A program made the position numbers and the translations under genes. From NCBI RefSeq assembly GCF_009914755.1, contig NC_060947.1: 64,000 bases of DNA, one strand, 5' to 3'. The notes under the pieces were generated by a model, which saw nothing but the letters and a program-made list of their open reading frames with translations, had not been told where the DNA came from and ran no database searches. Origin of the DNA: the human T2T-CHM13v2.0 reference genome, Homo sapiens. Numbering within the stretch: position 1 is the first letter of the stretch; each line of letters starts with the position of its first letter. Positions 28,699 through 42,794 of this stretch are shown piece by piece.

Positions 28699-30249
28699 AA
28701 GTTTTAAAAATTTGTTGAGACTTGTTTTGTCACATAACATATGGTCTATCCTGGAAAATGTTTCATGTGCTGATGAAAATAATGTATATTCTGTAGTTGT
28801 TGGATAGAATGTTCCATAAATGTCTGTCAGGTCTATTTCATCTATACTCCAGTTTAAATGTGATGTTTCTTTGTTGATTTTCTGTCTAGATCTTTCTAAT
28901 GCTGAGAGTGGGGTGTGAAAGTTCCCCACTATTATTGTGTTGCTGTGTGCATTTCTCTCTGTCTTAAGAGCTAGTAATATTTGCTTTATGAATCTGGATG
29001 CTCCTGTGTTGGGTACATATACATGTAGAATTGTTATATCCTCTTTCTGGATTGATCCCTTTATAATGACTTTCTTTGTCTTTTTTATTTTATTTTTTTA
29101 ACCGTTCTTGACTTAAAGTCTGTTTTATCTGATGTAGCTACTCCTGCTTGCTTTTGGTTTCTGTTTGTATGGGACATCTTTTTTTCCATCCCTTTACTTT
29201 CAGTCTATGTGTGTCTTTTCTGGTATGGTGAGTTTCTTGTAAACAGCATATAGTTGGATTATGCTTTTTAAAAATCTATTCAGCCATTCTATATCTCTTA
29301 AGTGGAGAATGTAATCTGTTTACATTCAGGGCTATTATTGATATGTGATGTTTTGTTTCTGTCATATTATTGTTTTCTGGTTGTTTCATATATTCTTTGT
29401 TTATTTCTTTTTCTTTTATCATTTGTTGTGGTCTGGTGGATTTCTGTAGTGATACCATTTGAGCTCATTCTCTTCTTCCTTTGTGTGATTGTTTTATCAG
29501 TGAGTTTTATACTTTGTGTGTTTCATGATGGTAAATGTCATCATTGTGCTTGCAAGTTTAGGACTGTCTTGAGCATTTCTTGTAGGGCCAGTCTAGTGGT
29601 AATGGGTTCCCTCAGCATTTGCTTGTCTGGGAAATACTTTATTTCTCCTTCATTTATGAAGGATCATTTTGTTGGATATAGTATTCTTGCCTAACAGTTT
29701 ACTTCTTTCTGCACTTTGAATGTATGTATCATCCTATTCTCTTTTCTCCTGTAAGATTTCTGCTGAGAAATCTGCTGTTTGTCCGATGGGGTTTCCATTA
29801 TAAGTAACTAGGCATTTATCTCTTGCCATTTTTTTGATTTCCTCTTTATGTTTCATTTTAGACAATCTGATTATAATGTGCCATGGGGAAGGGCTTTTTG
29901 CATTACATCTGCCTGGGAATCATTGAGCCTCCTATATTTGAATGTCTAAATCTTTTGCTAGACCTAGGAAGTTTTTATCTTTTACTTCATTAAGTAGATT
30001 TTCTAATCCTTTCATTTCCTCTTTGCCCTCAGCGATACAGAATTCCTATATTTAGTTGCTTTGTGCTGTCCCAAATGCCATGAAGCCTTTGCTCATTTTT
30101 AAAAGTTACTTTTTTTAAAAAAAATTTGTCTGACTGTGTTATTTCAAAAGATCTGTCTTCAAGTTCTGAGATTATCTTTTTTCTGCCTGATCTAGCCTTT
30201 TGCTGAGGCTTTCAAATGTATTTTGTATTTTCTTCAATGAATTCTTTAG

Positions 30250-30538
<289 letters not shown>

Positions 30539-32929
30539 TTAGTAAATTTCTCATTCATATCTTGAATTGTGTTTTTCTGATTTCTTTGTATTGTTTTTCA
30601 GAATTCTATGTTATCTCACTGAGATTCTTTAAAATCAATATTTTAAATTCTTCATTTGGAATTTGGAATATTTCTGCTTGATTAACACGTATTGCTGGAG
30701 AATTATTATGTTTCCTTGGAGGTGTCATATTTCCTTGCTTTTCATGTTTCTTGTGTCCTTACACTGATATCTGTGCATGTAGTAGAACAGTCACTTCTTC
30801 CTATTTTTGAATTTGCTTTCATAGGGGAGGACTTTTTTCTGAAGATATACCTGTGGTGTTGGTTTGGTTGGATCCTTTGGCTTTGATTCCGGGTGTACAC
30901 AGCAGCATAGTCTTCATATGGTTTCTTTGGTTGTAACAAGTGTTAGTGCTTTCTGTGATTTACTTGGAGGGTTAGGGTGAAGTTATTACTGAAGGTTGTG
31001 GTGAAGTCATATTGGGTATTGGGAGGTCAGGTAGGCCAATCTTCAGGCTCCAGTGGTAGCAGTCATGGGCTGATCACGCATGTCTTTGTGCACCAGGGTG
31101 CCGTAGAATGGCACTTGTATTGGTGGTTACTGGTGGGTCAATTATTGGGCCTTCAGGTGGCTTGCTCATATGCCACTAGTGGCAGTACTGGGCTGGGTGG
31201 GTGAGTGGGTTCTTGGGTCCCTGGACAGTTGGTGTGCTGTGGGTGATGGTAGTAAAGTCCCCCACAAATAAATTTTTGGAGGGAGGAGCTTCTGAACATG
31301 TTGGTATGTCATAGAGCTTGGGGTCTTACGGAAGTGCCAAGTCTTCAAAACTATGGTGATAATTAAGCATAACTTCTAAATGTGGTTTTAGCCATAGCAA
31401 ATTAAAACATTCGAAAAGTTATTTGATGGGATTCATTAGCTAGGAAGGTAATAGTTGGCTTCATCTCTAAAATGAAATTAATAATACCTGCCTTGCAAAG
31501 GTGTAGAAAGGGTTAAATGAGATAATGCATGCAAGACATCCAGAACTTTACTGGGTACATATTGAGCAGGCAAAACATCTAGAACCCTGCTGGGTGCACA
31601 TTGGGCACATGCAAAGATTATCTGATGTTACTATTAATACTGTTGTTGTCAGTACTACTATTCAGACCTCTTGAAAGAAATTTGCTAATGGTATCTATCA
31701 ATGAGGCTGCCTTTGCCAATAGGCATTCAATTTCAGCACTTTGTATCAATACAATAGCCCCATGACTATAGCTCACTTATCTCTAATTTAAAATCAAATA
31801 AAATTCCTCTGGAGGAAAACAACCACCTAATAGCATAGAGAATGCAAACACAATCATCGACTTGGGCAAGAAGCGCATCTGTCTCTTTAATTTAAGCTGT
31901 TGGATTTGATGGAGTGTTTTCAGCCTGCGGGACTTCACAGGATCATAGGGATTTTTAAAAACTACTTTCTTTTTTAGCATAAAGCTAATACATTTGCACA
32001 ATAAATATTTCAAGCAGAATAAGACTATATAAAAGGAAAACCGCTATGTAAACTATTTTTTCTTTAACCCCCATCACATCAGTCAAATAAACCTGTTAGC
32101 CATTTTCAGAATACTTCTACAAATTTTTGATGCATATATAGGTATATTTATCTCATCTTTTTTGAAATAACATAAATAGGATCACATTGCTTTGTACCTT
32201 GCTTTTCTTCTCTTAATAATGTATCTTGGAGATTATTCTAGATTAGCACATCTTTACCCTTTTTTTTTTTGTAGCAATGACATAGTACTCCAGGTATGGA
32301 TACATGATTATTTACTAAATCTGCCTCTTTCAGATGGTTACTTGGGTTATTTTCCCTTTTTCTCTATTACAATCCACAGTAAACAGCCCTATAAGGTATT
32401 TGAATAGTTGTGGGAATATCACTAGGGTTGTGCATGGACACATGATTGGGCTGCCCATTATTATGAGATGGATTGGGGACTTAGAGTACTGTTACTCTTT
32501 CCTACAATGTTTATGCCTTGATTGAAAGCAGTGACTAATGGAGGGACTATTTGAGATCACTTCAGCCCTCTTATTCATATGCAAATATTTATCAGGCTCT
32601 TCCCAGAGCTGGTTATCTTGTTAAGCTAGTATGGGTCACGATGTTATAGTAAAACAAACTAAAAGATTTGAATAGACTCTTGGAAACTCAAAAGTGGTAT
32701 ACAGGTGACCAATCCTGTTCTGACTAACATTATGGTATTGGTTACTAGGATGTGTCACTGATGTGGGGCTCACCGAAGCCCAAAACTGAGTCCTCTTTGC
32801 TTTATTTCTCTCCTTCAACCTTCTTATCAATCATTTATCAAATTATTAAATATGTTTGATTTGTCTTTCATAGTTGGTACAATTCCATCTCTTCTCTTTC
32901 CCACTACCTTCTTTCAATGTGCCATCACA

Positions 32930-33165
32930 TCTGCCATTTGTGCTGGGCACTGTGTTAGGAGGCTTAGGTACATTTTCTCAGGTAATCCTCTCAATAGCTC
33001 TGTGAAGTAGGGACCGCTCTCCCTCTTTTACAAGATGATGAGGAGGAAACTGGGATTCAGAGAGATTAAGAGATATGTCCAAGATCACACTGCTTGTATT
33101 TAGTGACCTGGGATTGAAACCTAGATCTAATCAATCCCAAAGGCTATGTCCTTCATTCTATATCA
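32930..33165 (-). mobile_element. MIR SINE within L2 relic sequence
   Basis: gtgctgggcactgtgttagg...gaggaaactgggattcagagagattaag...ccaagatcacac...gggattgaaacctag. Confidence 0.75.
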
Positions 33166-33434
33166 GCTGCCTGCTAATTGGTCTCTGTTCAGACCTATTT
33201 TTCCTCTCTAGTTCATTCTGCAGGCCACTGCTAGATTAGGCTGAATAAGATAGCTCTTAAACACAATACTTTTCTATTCAAAGGTCTACAAAGACGTACT
33301 TCCCAAAGACCTGTTAATTTTATCAATGAAATGGACATGTTAACCTGGAATTTAAAGCAGTATGAACTAGGGACCCTACTTAAATTTCCAGGAAAATCGT
33401 CTCCGTATCTTTACCTCTCTGTAGTTGCAGGGGA

Positions 33435-33595
33435 AACAGTTTATGTGAGAGAGTCAGAAGGAAATCTTTGGCGTCAGACAGACCTGGGTTCCTTCCCACT
33501 CTACCACTTATTAGCATGTGTGACATCCAGCCAGTGAGGTAACCTTTCTAAGCCTCCATTTCCTCATCTATAAAATGGGGATAACATACTTACAT
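33435..33595 (+). mobile_element. MIR SINE
   Basis: ctttggcgtcagacagacctgggttc...agcctccatttcctcatctataaaatgggga. Confidence 0.8.
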
Positions 33596-34478
33596 CATCT
33601 TAAATCCTTACACCACACTAATTATATAAAGGGCCAGGGAGCTATTGTTGTTACATATATTCTGTTCCTAGCCCATTACTCTGTACTGACTGGATGGCCA
33701 GTGGCAGCTATTTGAATGAATGAATTGAATGAAAGATTTGATAGGTGGAATAAACTGGGCCAGGCAGACTTTGGCAAGGGACCAGTTTGAGAACCTTGAG
33801 ATAATGTGTGTTATGTGCATGGGTAACTGTGATGAGGAGAAAGATGTGAAAAGGAAGGGAGTCCCTGAGAAGACACATTTTCGAACAGAAAATCTGTAAA
33901 TGATTGTGCTTGATTGATCCCCAGTGGAGAGTCAGGAAAGTCTAAGAAAAAGGCATTTATATACTTGGCTCCTCCTTTTCATCAGACTGTACTTGGGATA
34001 ATTGTTTTTTAACTCTTCAGCTGAGTAAACTGAGGCACAACCTACATTCTACAATTCCCACAACACAGAACACGCGTGGCTAAATTCTTAACATTACAGG
34101 GTATTAGAGTTTGATATTCTCAAGAGGAAAAGTATATTAAAGGCATGCTACTATTTAGAGAATTTTGATTGATGTTCACTGTAGTTCCTTTGCATTCTCT
34201 GAAGGCCTTTATTTGCTCACTCCATAAAGGTAGGGTCCACTAACATTAAACATAAACATGTTTGCAGTAGGTAGATTGACCATTTAAAAGCCACCTGGCT
34301 GGGGATTTGATGCTTCACAAGAGTGGGGAAGAAATGAAAACAAAAACAAAACCAAGCAAAAACCTTAGGGAAATACATTTCTAGTAATGTGAAATTGTGA
34401 ATTGTTCTTTGTGTTATTATTTCACAGCTGGATCAGTTCAATGTTTGCAAAAATTGAAGTTACTCTACATCACTTTTT

Positions 34479-34783
<305 letters not shown>

Positions 34784-35496
34784 TCTACATCACTTTTTAA
34801 GATTTCTGACTGTGGGATTCACAGTTGAAAATGCAGTGAAAGGTGATGTGGCTGCGGGAAACAAAATTAAGGTATAAAACAATAAAATGGTAAGAGTGAT
34901 CATCAAATATACAGCATGTTCAAATGCAAATGGTATTTCAGAAATAAGTAGACTTAAAAATATGAGGAATAAAACAGGTCTGTGCAGAAAAGTAAAATAA
35001 AAGCACAAGGACAGTGATAAAATAGATCTGTTCATTTAACATCTACTGGTATAAATGTTTGCTTCTATGCATAATTTAGATACAAAAGCATAATTTATTT
35101 TGTTCAATCTTGGAAGAAAACCAAATGACATTAGGGTTCTACCTAAGGAAGAATTGCAGGGGTATCAGAAGAGTTGGTCTGGGACTCACCCCCACATGGT
35201 AACACTTGCAGGTGGATGCATAAGGCTGACCTGGGCAGAGATGTGTGTATATAGGAGGGGAAGGAGATGAGAGGAGTTTAGACCACCCCAGGGGAAGTGC
35301 TGGTGGGAACCCAGAAGGGGAGTGTATCAAGAGAGGGAAGAAAAGAAGGAGTTTCGGTTTGGATGATAGATATATGTATAATACATGCCTGGGGTTTTGA
35401 GAGCATCTGGGAAGTCCTGCAGATGTAGTGTTTTTCTCATTTATAAATAATTGAAGGTTGGAAGTTTTGCATTTCCTCTACTTCACTGTTTATATG

Positions 35497-35695
35497 CAGT
35501 GGTTCTCAACTTTAGCTGTACATTAGAATCACTTGAGAAGCTTTTATAAAATAGCTTGCCTAGGTGTTAATACAGACCATTTAAATCAGAATTTCTGGGG
35601 AGTAGAATCTGGGCATCTCTGTGTGTGTGTGTGTGTGTGTGTGTGTCTTTTTAAGCTTCTCAGGTGATGCTGATGTACAATGAGGTTTAATTACT
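35497..35695. mobile_element. MER5A-like element with internal (TG)n
   Basis: cagtggttctcaac...agaatcac...aaatcagaatttctgggg...aagcttctcaggtgatgctgatg; TG run near 35619-35646. Confidence 0.75.
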
Positions 35696-35824
35696 GGCAC
35701 AGGAGTATTGCTGTAAGTGGAGTGCTTGAGACTGCAGTTGAGATCCAAGCCAGCAACCCGCTTTTGGTACTTCAGGGTTTCTGGTGGCCATACAGACGAG
35801 AAGGTCTTTAGGTCACAGCTGTAT

Positions 35825-36030
35825 GTGGATTTTGGTGACCCAAGTAGGAATCCTGGTACCACCACTTGCTACATGTGAGGCCTTAAGCAACTTGCTTACT
35901 TATCTGAGCCTCAGTTTTTGTACCTGTAAGTTGGAGATAACATTAATTTAATAGGATGATTGAAAGGATTAAGTGATAGAATGTATGTATTAATAAATGA
36001 TCTGGTACAAGCCACCATTTATTCAACACC
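35825..36030 (+). mobile_element. MIR SINE
   Basis: gaatcctggtaccaccactt...tctgagcctcagttttt...aggattaagtgata. Confidence 0.7.
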
Positions 36031-36084
36031 TTCCACATGTTCACTGGGCTCTGCCTCACAAGGAACCAGTGAAGATGTTTCAGA

Positions 36085-36450
36085 CACTCATCAGGTCTGC
36101 AGATACAAAACTGGGAGATAGAGCTGATATAAGAGATATTAGAATCAAGATTCAAAAAGATTTTGATCAGCTGGAAGGATGGTCAACCCTTGCAAAATAA
36201 GTACAGGGATTTGAACTTAAAATTTAATAAAAATAAGTATAGAGCCACAATTTATACCAGGACAGGATATGAGAGTAGTTCCTGTGCAAAAGGTCTGCGA
36301 GTTTCACAAACAGATTTAATAAGAAGTAGCTATGTAGTGTTATTGTTCAGAAAGCTGAAGTGATTGGAGGTTGAATGAAGAGAAGTGTGTGTGGGATGCA
36401 GGTATCATGTAGCCACAGACTCTATGGGCCCTGCTCTAGATTGACTCTCA
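36085..36450 (+). mobile_element. L3/CR1 LINE RT fragment
   Basis: Translation SADTKLG...RIKIQKDFDQLEGW and LKFNKNK matches the CR1 RT pattern FADDTKLGG..IQ.DL..L..W..M.FN..K. Confidence 0.75.
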
Positions 36451-36459
36451 TTTTCTTAA

Positions 36460-36872
36460 GGGTCATTTATTCATTAACAAACATTAAAGACCTACTACAA
36501 GCAGGGCCCTGTTCTAGGCTCTGGGGATATAACATTCTTATCCCCGTGGAGCTTAAATTCTATGGGGGTGGGGTGGGGAGACAATACACAAATATATAAG
36601 TTATAAGAGCAATTAGAGATAAGAGCTATGGAAAAAAATAAACAGAGAAGGAGGGAAGACAGTGCCATAAGAAGAAGGAGCTGTTTGCAATTTTAGATAG
36701 ATCAACCATAGAGGGCTTCACTGAGAAGATAACATTTGGGCAAAACTTGAGGGCAGTAAAAAAGATAAGTGGATATTTGAGGGGGAAGAGCACTCCAGGT
36801 AGAGGGAACTGCAAGTACAAAGATCTTGATGTAGGATGTGCTTATCTAATTAAAGAAAAATGAAAGAAGCCC
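36460..36872 (-). mobile_element. L2a 3' fragment
   Basis: catttattcattaacaaacatt...tgttctaggctctggggata...ggaagagcactccaggtagagggaactgcaagtacaaag. Confidence 0.8.
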
Positions 36873-37504
36873 TAATCGGAATACTGTGTTCAATCCTAGG
36901 CCTCATCCTTACTGTTCTTAGCTGAGTATAAAAGGAAAATATTTGGAAAGAAAGCATTTGAAAAATATAAACAATTTAAAGACAGTATAAATCATCTACT
37001 ATTCAAGTATTCTTGGTATTTTGGCATATATTCTTCCAGCTTGTGAGTAGACTGATATGCAGAAGTAGCAGAAAATAGTGTAGGTGAATTGAGATTTAGG
37101 TTTTAGGAGCTCTCCAGGGCTCTATTTCTAGTTCTGGTGACTTCATTCTGCATTCCTATCATGTGGTATCCAAATGTGAACCTCAACATAATTTCAAATT
37201 ACTACGGATCAAATCTAGCCTTTGAGTTGTTTCCAAATAGTTGAAATCCTTTACATTCAAGGATTTACAGTTTTTAAACTCTTTGCTACTTTGGCAGGTG
37301 ACAAATGCCCTTTACTTTCGGGTTTCATTACCATTGGCATTGAGCATTCTTTTCTATGTTTATTGACCTTTGCAATTCTTCTTCTGTGGCGTTCCTGCTT
37401 ACCAATAACCCTTTACACAATGTGGTGCCTAAGCTAGAGTACTTCTAGAGGATGCTGAGCTGAATGGCAGAGACCCTATCATTTTATTCAAGGTTGTAAC
37501 ATTG

Positions 37505-37990
<486 letters not shown>

Positions 37991-38794
37991 AGAACTTACA
38001 AGGTTAAATTAATGGCACAGTTTTGTTTCCCAACTTAGACTAGACATTCCAATTTTTGAATTGCAACTTTGGGGATGCAAAGTAAGGATAGGATTATTCT
38101 ACCTCAGAGTAAGCAGAAAATTCAGGGGCCTGCAGGCACTTTCATTCAGAGGCAGAGGGTAACCCCCACCTAATTAACACTAAAGGGACAGCATAGGGAC
38201 AGTAAGATCATAGTAGAGATGAACTTTCATTATTTCATGAATTGTTCACCTCTCGCTTGGCTGGAAGTCCAATAGCCCCCTTCTGGGGAAGAAGCTTACA
38301 TTTTCCTGAGTCTGAGGCACTGCTCCAGTTTCTTGGCAGCCCCAGGCTCTTGACTATTCTTGACTATCATTCTGTGCTCTGTGATTGTTGCCCTTTCTAA
38401 TGAAAGGGCAACTTTGAACCCCCAAAGTAAAAGGTCTTCCTTTTTTTGATTTCCCCAAAGCATTGTCCACCCAAGGTAGTTGTGTAGCAGCCTTCTGGGG
38501 TCTCAACCATTGCAGCAAACAGCATTAAATTGACTACTATGAATTCATATTCTTACAAGTCTTTCAGCTAGTGAGAAACTCTCAGTGGTAGGAACAGCTG
38601 CTTTTTACCTTGTATGTTCTCCCATCTCTCCAATCTGGTATCCAGCCTCTGAACACCCACATTTCTATTAATTTCTAAAGCAGAAGACTTCAGCTCCTAC
38701 CTCAAATTACCTTCAAGCCTACCTTTACAGGCCCTCAAACTCATCAAGTCACTCTACTACACGTGTGACCATACATGCCACCTTAGGTTGATGA

Positions 38795-39015
38795 TAATGG
38801 CAAACTAACATTTATTGTTGTTCCCTAGTGGCCAGGCTCACCTGCCAAGTCATTTAATATTTACAAGGTAGATATTACAATAACCCCTTAGTCTCCTTTT
38901 ATATTTAAAGAAACTGGGGAGCAGAGAGGTTAAGTCAAGTGTTCAGGTCAGACAGTTAGGTAATTGAGCCAGGACTCAAGTCCAGGGAACAGAAGCCACC
39001 AACTTAACACTAGTA
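38795..39015 (-). mobile_element. MIR SINE
   Basis: taatggcaaactaacatttattg...gaaactggggagcagagaggttaagt...gagccaggactcaagtccagg. Confidence 0.65.
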
Positions 39016-41839
39016 CTGCCTTTAAAATTATAATTCTCTCTTTAAATGATGGCATCCTTAGATAAGGCCTCACTTCCCACTGAGCATTGTTGAGAAACTG
39101 TATGTATATTTATTCATCCCGTGTTTAGACCCAGTACCACAAAGGGCATGGATTTTTTTCCCTTTCTTCATGTTTATGTTTGCTATAAAAAACATTCAAA
39201 GAAAACTGATAGAAATTGTGGTGATATGGGATGTTATGAGGTGACATTGGGAACTTGTTGTCTTAATCCTACCTCCATCTCTTACTCCTACTCATGAGAT
39301 GCTTAGAGAAATTATATGCCTGAGAAAAAGGCTGGCAAATACTGGCAAAACAGTAGTTTTGGGTGAACTGTGGCTTTCTCTGCAAACACCAATACGGAAC
39401 CCTGGAGAAACACTGGACTTCAATGTCCTGGCTACAGACCTAATGGGTCTCCTTCCAAATCAGAATCTTACCTCTCAAATAGCAAAGGGTATTCTAATTC
39501 CTACTTTGTATTCCAGAGGAAAGAAGGAAACTTCACTTTCCCTTGTGTTCCTTAAGGTAGCTGAGTGCTACCTTACCTGTCAGGCAATGGGGAAAGACTT
39601 GAGGACATGATAGATGTAATGCCTTCTGTTATGGAGCTTATAGCTTGGTAGGGAGACAGACATTAAACAGAGCAGCACATAATGATAATGATAATTGGAA
39701 TACGTATTCTGAAAAACAAGTGCAGAATCTTGGGGATGGAGATGGGGGTGCGGCTGTTCATGAGAGGGCCTTAGATGTGAGCAGGAGCCAGCCAGGTGAA
39801 GACTGGGATAAAGTGTGTCACATGTAGAGGGAATAGTAAGTGGAAGGCTTGGAGTCAAGGATGGATTTGATGAATCGCAGGCCCTGGAACCTGGTGGGGA
39901 GAATGAAGCAAATGGCACATCCGATGGTTGGGCGATGGGGCAGGGCCTTTGAGACTATGATAAGTGTGAGAGTTGACCCCTTTTTTGATAAGCAGACCCA
40001 CCCTCTTCCCCCACTTGAGATGGTCCCAGTGGCCAAAGGGCTCATCACACAAGCTAGGCTAATCAGAGTGTGTGTCTTGAGGATTTGAATCTCAAGCAGA
40101 GTGACCTAAGGACAAAAAACCATCAGCACCGAGCTGTTCTGACGTCTTCACTGTTCTATAAGTTTCTGACTGAGCTTCCTAGAGTCACTGGATCTCCTGC
40201 TCTTCCCAAGGACTACTTATTGATATTTTCCTTCAATTCTGAACAGTATTTTTGGCTGAAGTTAGCCAGGGTTGATTTCTGCAGCTTGTGACTAGAAAAA
40301 AAAAAGTGGGGGTGGAGGTGGTGCTGAACAGGATCCCACATCAGTAATAATAAAAGTATATTAGAAAGCCAGCAATGTTGACCTTTAAAGGCTAGCATAG
40401 GATAGACATGATCCAATGAATTTTAAAAATCACTCTGCTCTTCCTGTTTCCTCTTTTGTTCTTTATACTTTCCCTAATAACCTATCAGCAATGTATTCTA
40501 TAGTTCAGATGAGAGGTGATGTGCTTGGCCTAAAGAGAGAACAGGGCAGTTGCAGAAAATGAGACACAGGGAAAAGCCTGCTTATCCCTAATGCCCTGTA
40601 GTAGGCAGGTGATAGAACTTGGTGGCCTGCTTGCCCTCCCCTGCCATCCTTCCAGCAGAGTTGGTCTTAATCTGCCCTATCCTCTGAGTGGGGTAAGAAA
40701 TAGGAGACCTTTTTATACAGTGACTCTGCCTTCTAGAAATCATGATCCATTTAGAGTCTTGCAATTTTACCAAGCAGAGTGAGTGAAATGCCTTGAGATT
40801 TTGACTCGTCTTTTCAAGAGGAATGAAGGAATGGAAATTAGGACTTGCTTATCTTTTAAAGCAAGCAGAGAGCTGTATCAATTGGTCAGCCCTCAGTTTA
40901 TACTTTCACTCTTCTATTTTTCTGTGCCTGCTAGAAGGCATATTTTCCCTATGATTCTAGGCTGCTCTAGGCCAGCTGATCAAATTTCTGAGGCTCCCGG
41001 GGAATGGATAGAATAAATATCCATTACCAAAAGTAATCTGTGGCTGAGAGTGCAGAGAATTTGTGGTGGAAGAAGAATTTGCCCCTTCAGCAACATAATC
41101 CTGTGAGGACTGAGTTTTCTTGGCTGAAGTAGGAGCTGTGGGCCTTCATTGGTAACCTGCAGAATAGTCCTAAATGGCTCAGGGCCATAGCCGTGAGCAG
41201 AAGAACCTGCCTCATTCTTGTTGAAGTTCCAGAACAGAAATTGGGTAGACAGAGAATTTGAGTGGGTTGTTTGCCCGGAAGGTCCCCTAGTTGAATTCCT
41301 TGCTTAGCCCACATATGGTTGTCTTCAGCTCACATCTGGGCCCTGATCTAATCCCCTGTAGACAAAGCAGAGACATAGAGCACCCTACCCTGATATGGTA
41401 AGTAGACATGGGAAATTATAGTTGGGGCAGCTTTTCTCCTTAGGTGTCTAAAGAACCCATGAGTTCTCAAAGCCCCCTCTCCCACTACCTTAACCAGTCT
41501 ATCTTCGTGTTTTTCAGTTGGGCACCAGTGTCTCTAGTCCTATCCTCATATATATTTCCTGGTCATTTAGTGACTTTAACAGTCCCTTCTCATTTATTGT
41601 AATCTCATAGTTTTAATATAGTTTTAGGGCCATAGAGGTCATCTATATCAGCTGTTCCATTTTACAGACATGAAAACTAGTTATAGTAGAGCTCAGGATT
41701 GCACAGCATGAGTTGGGATCCTGAGGTCACCTTATATGTCAGTAAAATAATTCTGTAAACCAACATTTTAGGAAGGGAGTGTTATGGTGAAGTTTCAAAG
41801 AGGAAAAATGTAATTATCAAGGTCAGTTTGAGATCTTTA

Positions 41840-42262
41840 ACATGGAATCATATAATATGAATTGGTTTCGTGTCTGGCTTCTTTTGTTCTGTTTTGTTTT
41901 TGAGACGGTATCTCACTATGTTGCCCAAGCTGGTCTTAAAGTCCTGGGCTCAAGCAGTCCTCCTGCCTCAGCCTACCAATTAGCTGGGACTATAGACATG
42001 CACCACCATGCCCAGCTCATGTCTGCTTCCTTAGCTCCAAATAATGGTCTTGAGATTCATCCATGTTGTAGTATGCATCAATAATACATTCCTTGTTATT
42101 GCTGAGTAGTATTCCATTTCATGAATGTACCACAATTTATTCATTTACCTGCTGATGTTGCCTCCAACTTTCATTTTGAATAAAGCCACTATGAACAAGT
42201 CTTTGGGTGGACATATATTTTTATTTTTGGGTGTAAATGTCTAGGATTAGTATTGCTGGCTC
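41840..42262 (-). mobile_element. L1ME-type fragment with nested FLAM
   Basis: atggaatcatataatatg...gagattcatccatgttgta...gctgagtagtattccatt. Confidence 0.75.
41882..42018 (-). mobile_element. FLAM (free left Alu monomer)
   Basis: Single monomer tctcactatgttgcccaagctggtc...cctgggctcaagcagtcctcctgcc; degenerate TSD tgtctggcttc / tgtctgcttc. Confidence 0.85.
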
Positions 42263-42794
42263 AGGAGACTTAGATTTTATTATTAGCTCTGAACTAATTT
42301 GTTGTTACTTTAAGCAAATTATATCCCCTTTCGGGGTTCCAGAGTCCTCATTTGTAAAAGGAAGGGGTTGGACTAGATGATTCTTTTTGAAACTGTGCTC
42401 CTTAAATCCTCTCAATTCTGAATTGTCTGATGCGGGGAGAGGGAAGGTGAATAGCCAAGGGCTGAGTCCCCACTCCTACTTTACCCAGACAGCTTGACTA
42501 ATATCTAAATGTTGTCTTTCTCCATTGGAGTTCATTTGAACAAAGTGTTCCATGACTAGGAATGTTAAACTCTTGGTCTAGATGGTCTCTAAGATTCCTT
42601 TGACTCTCTAAAATATTTGGAGTGTACCAGAGTTTTTGCCTGCTTTCAGGCTTCCAGGAGTAATGTTCTGGGAACAACATCTAAGGTCACAGAAGAGCAA
42701 GCCTGAGTGAAAATCACCTCTCTTTTCTCTTTATATATGATAGCAGGTGAAACTAAGCTGTAACTGAACTGAAATATATATGCAAGAGGGCATA

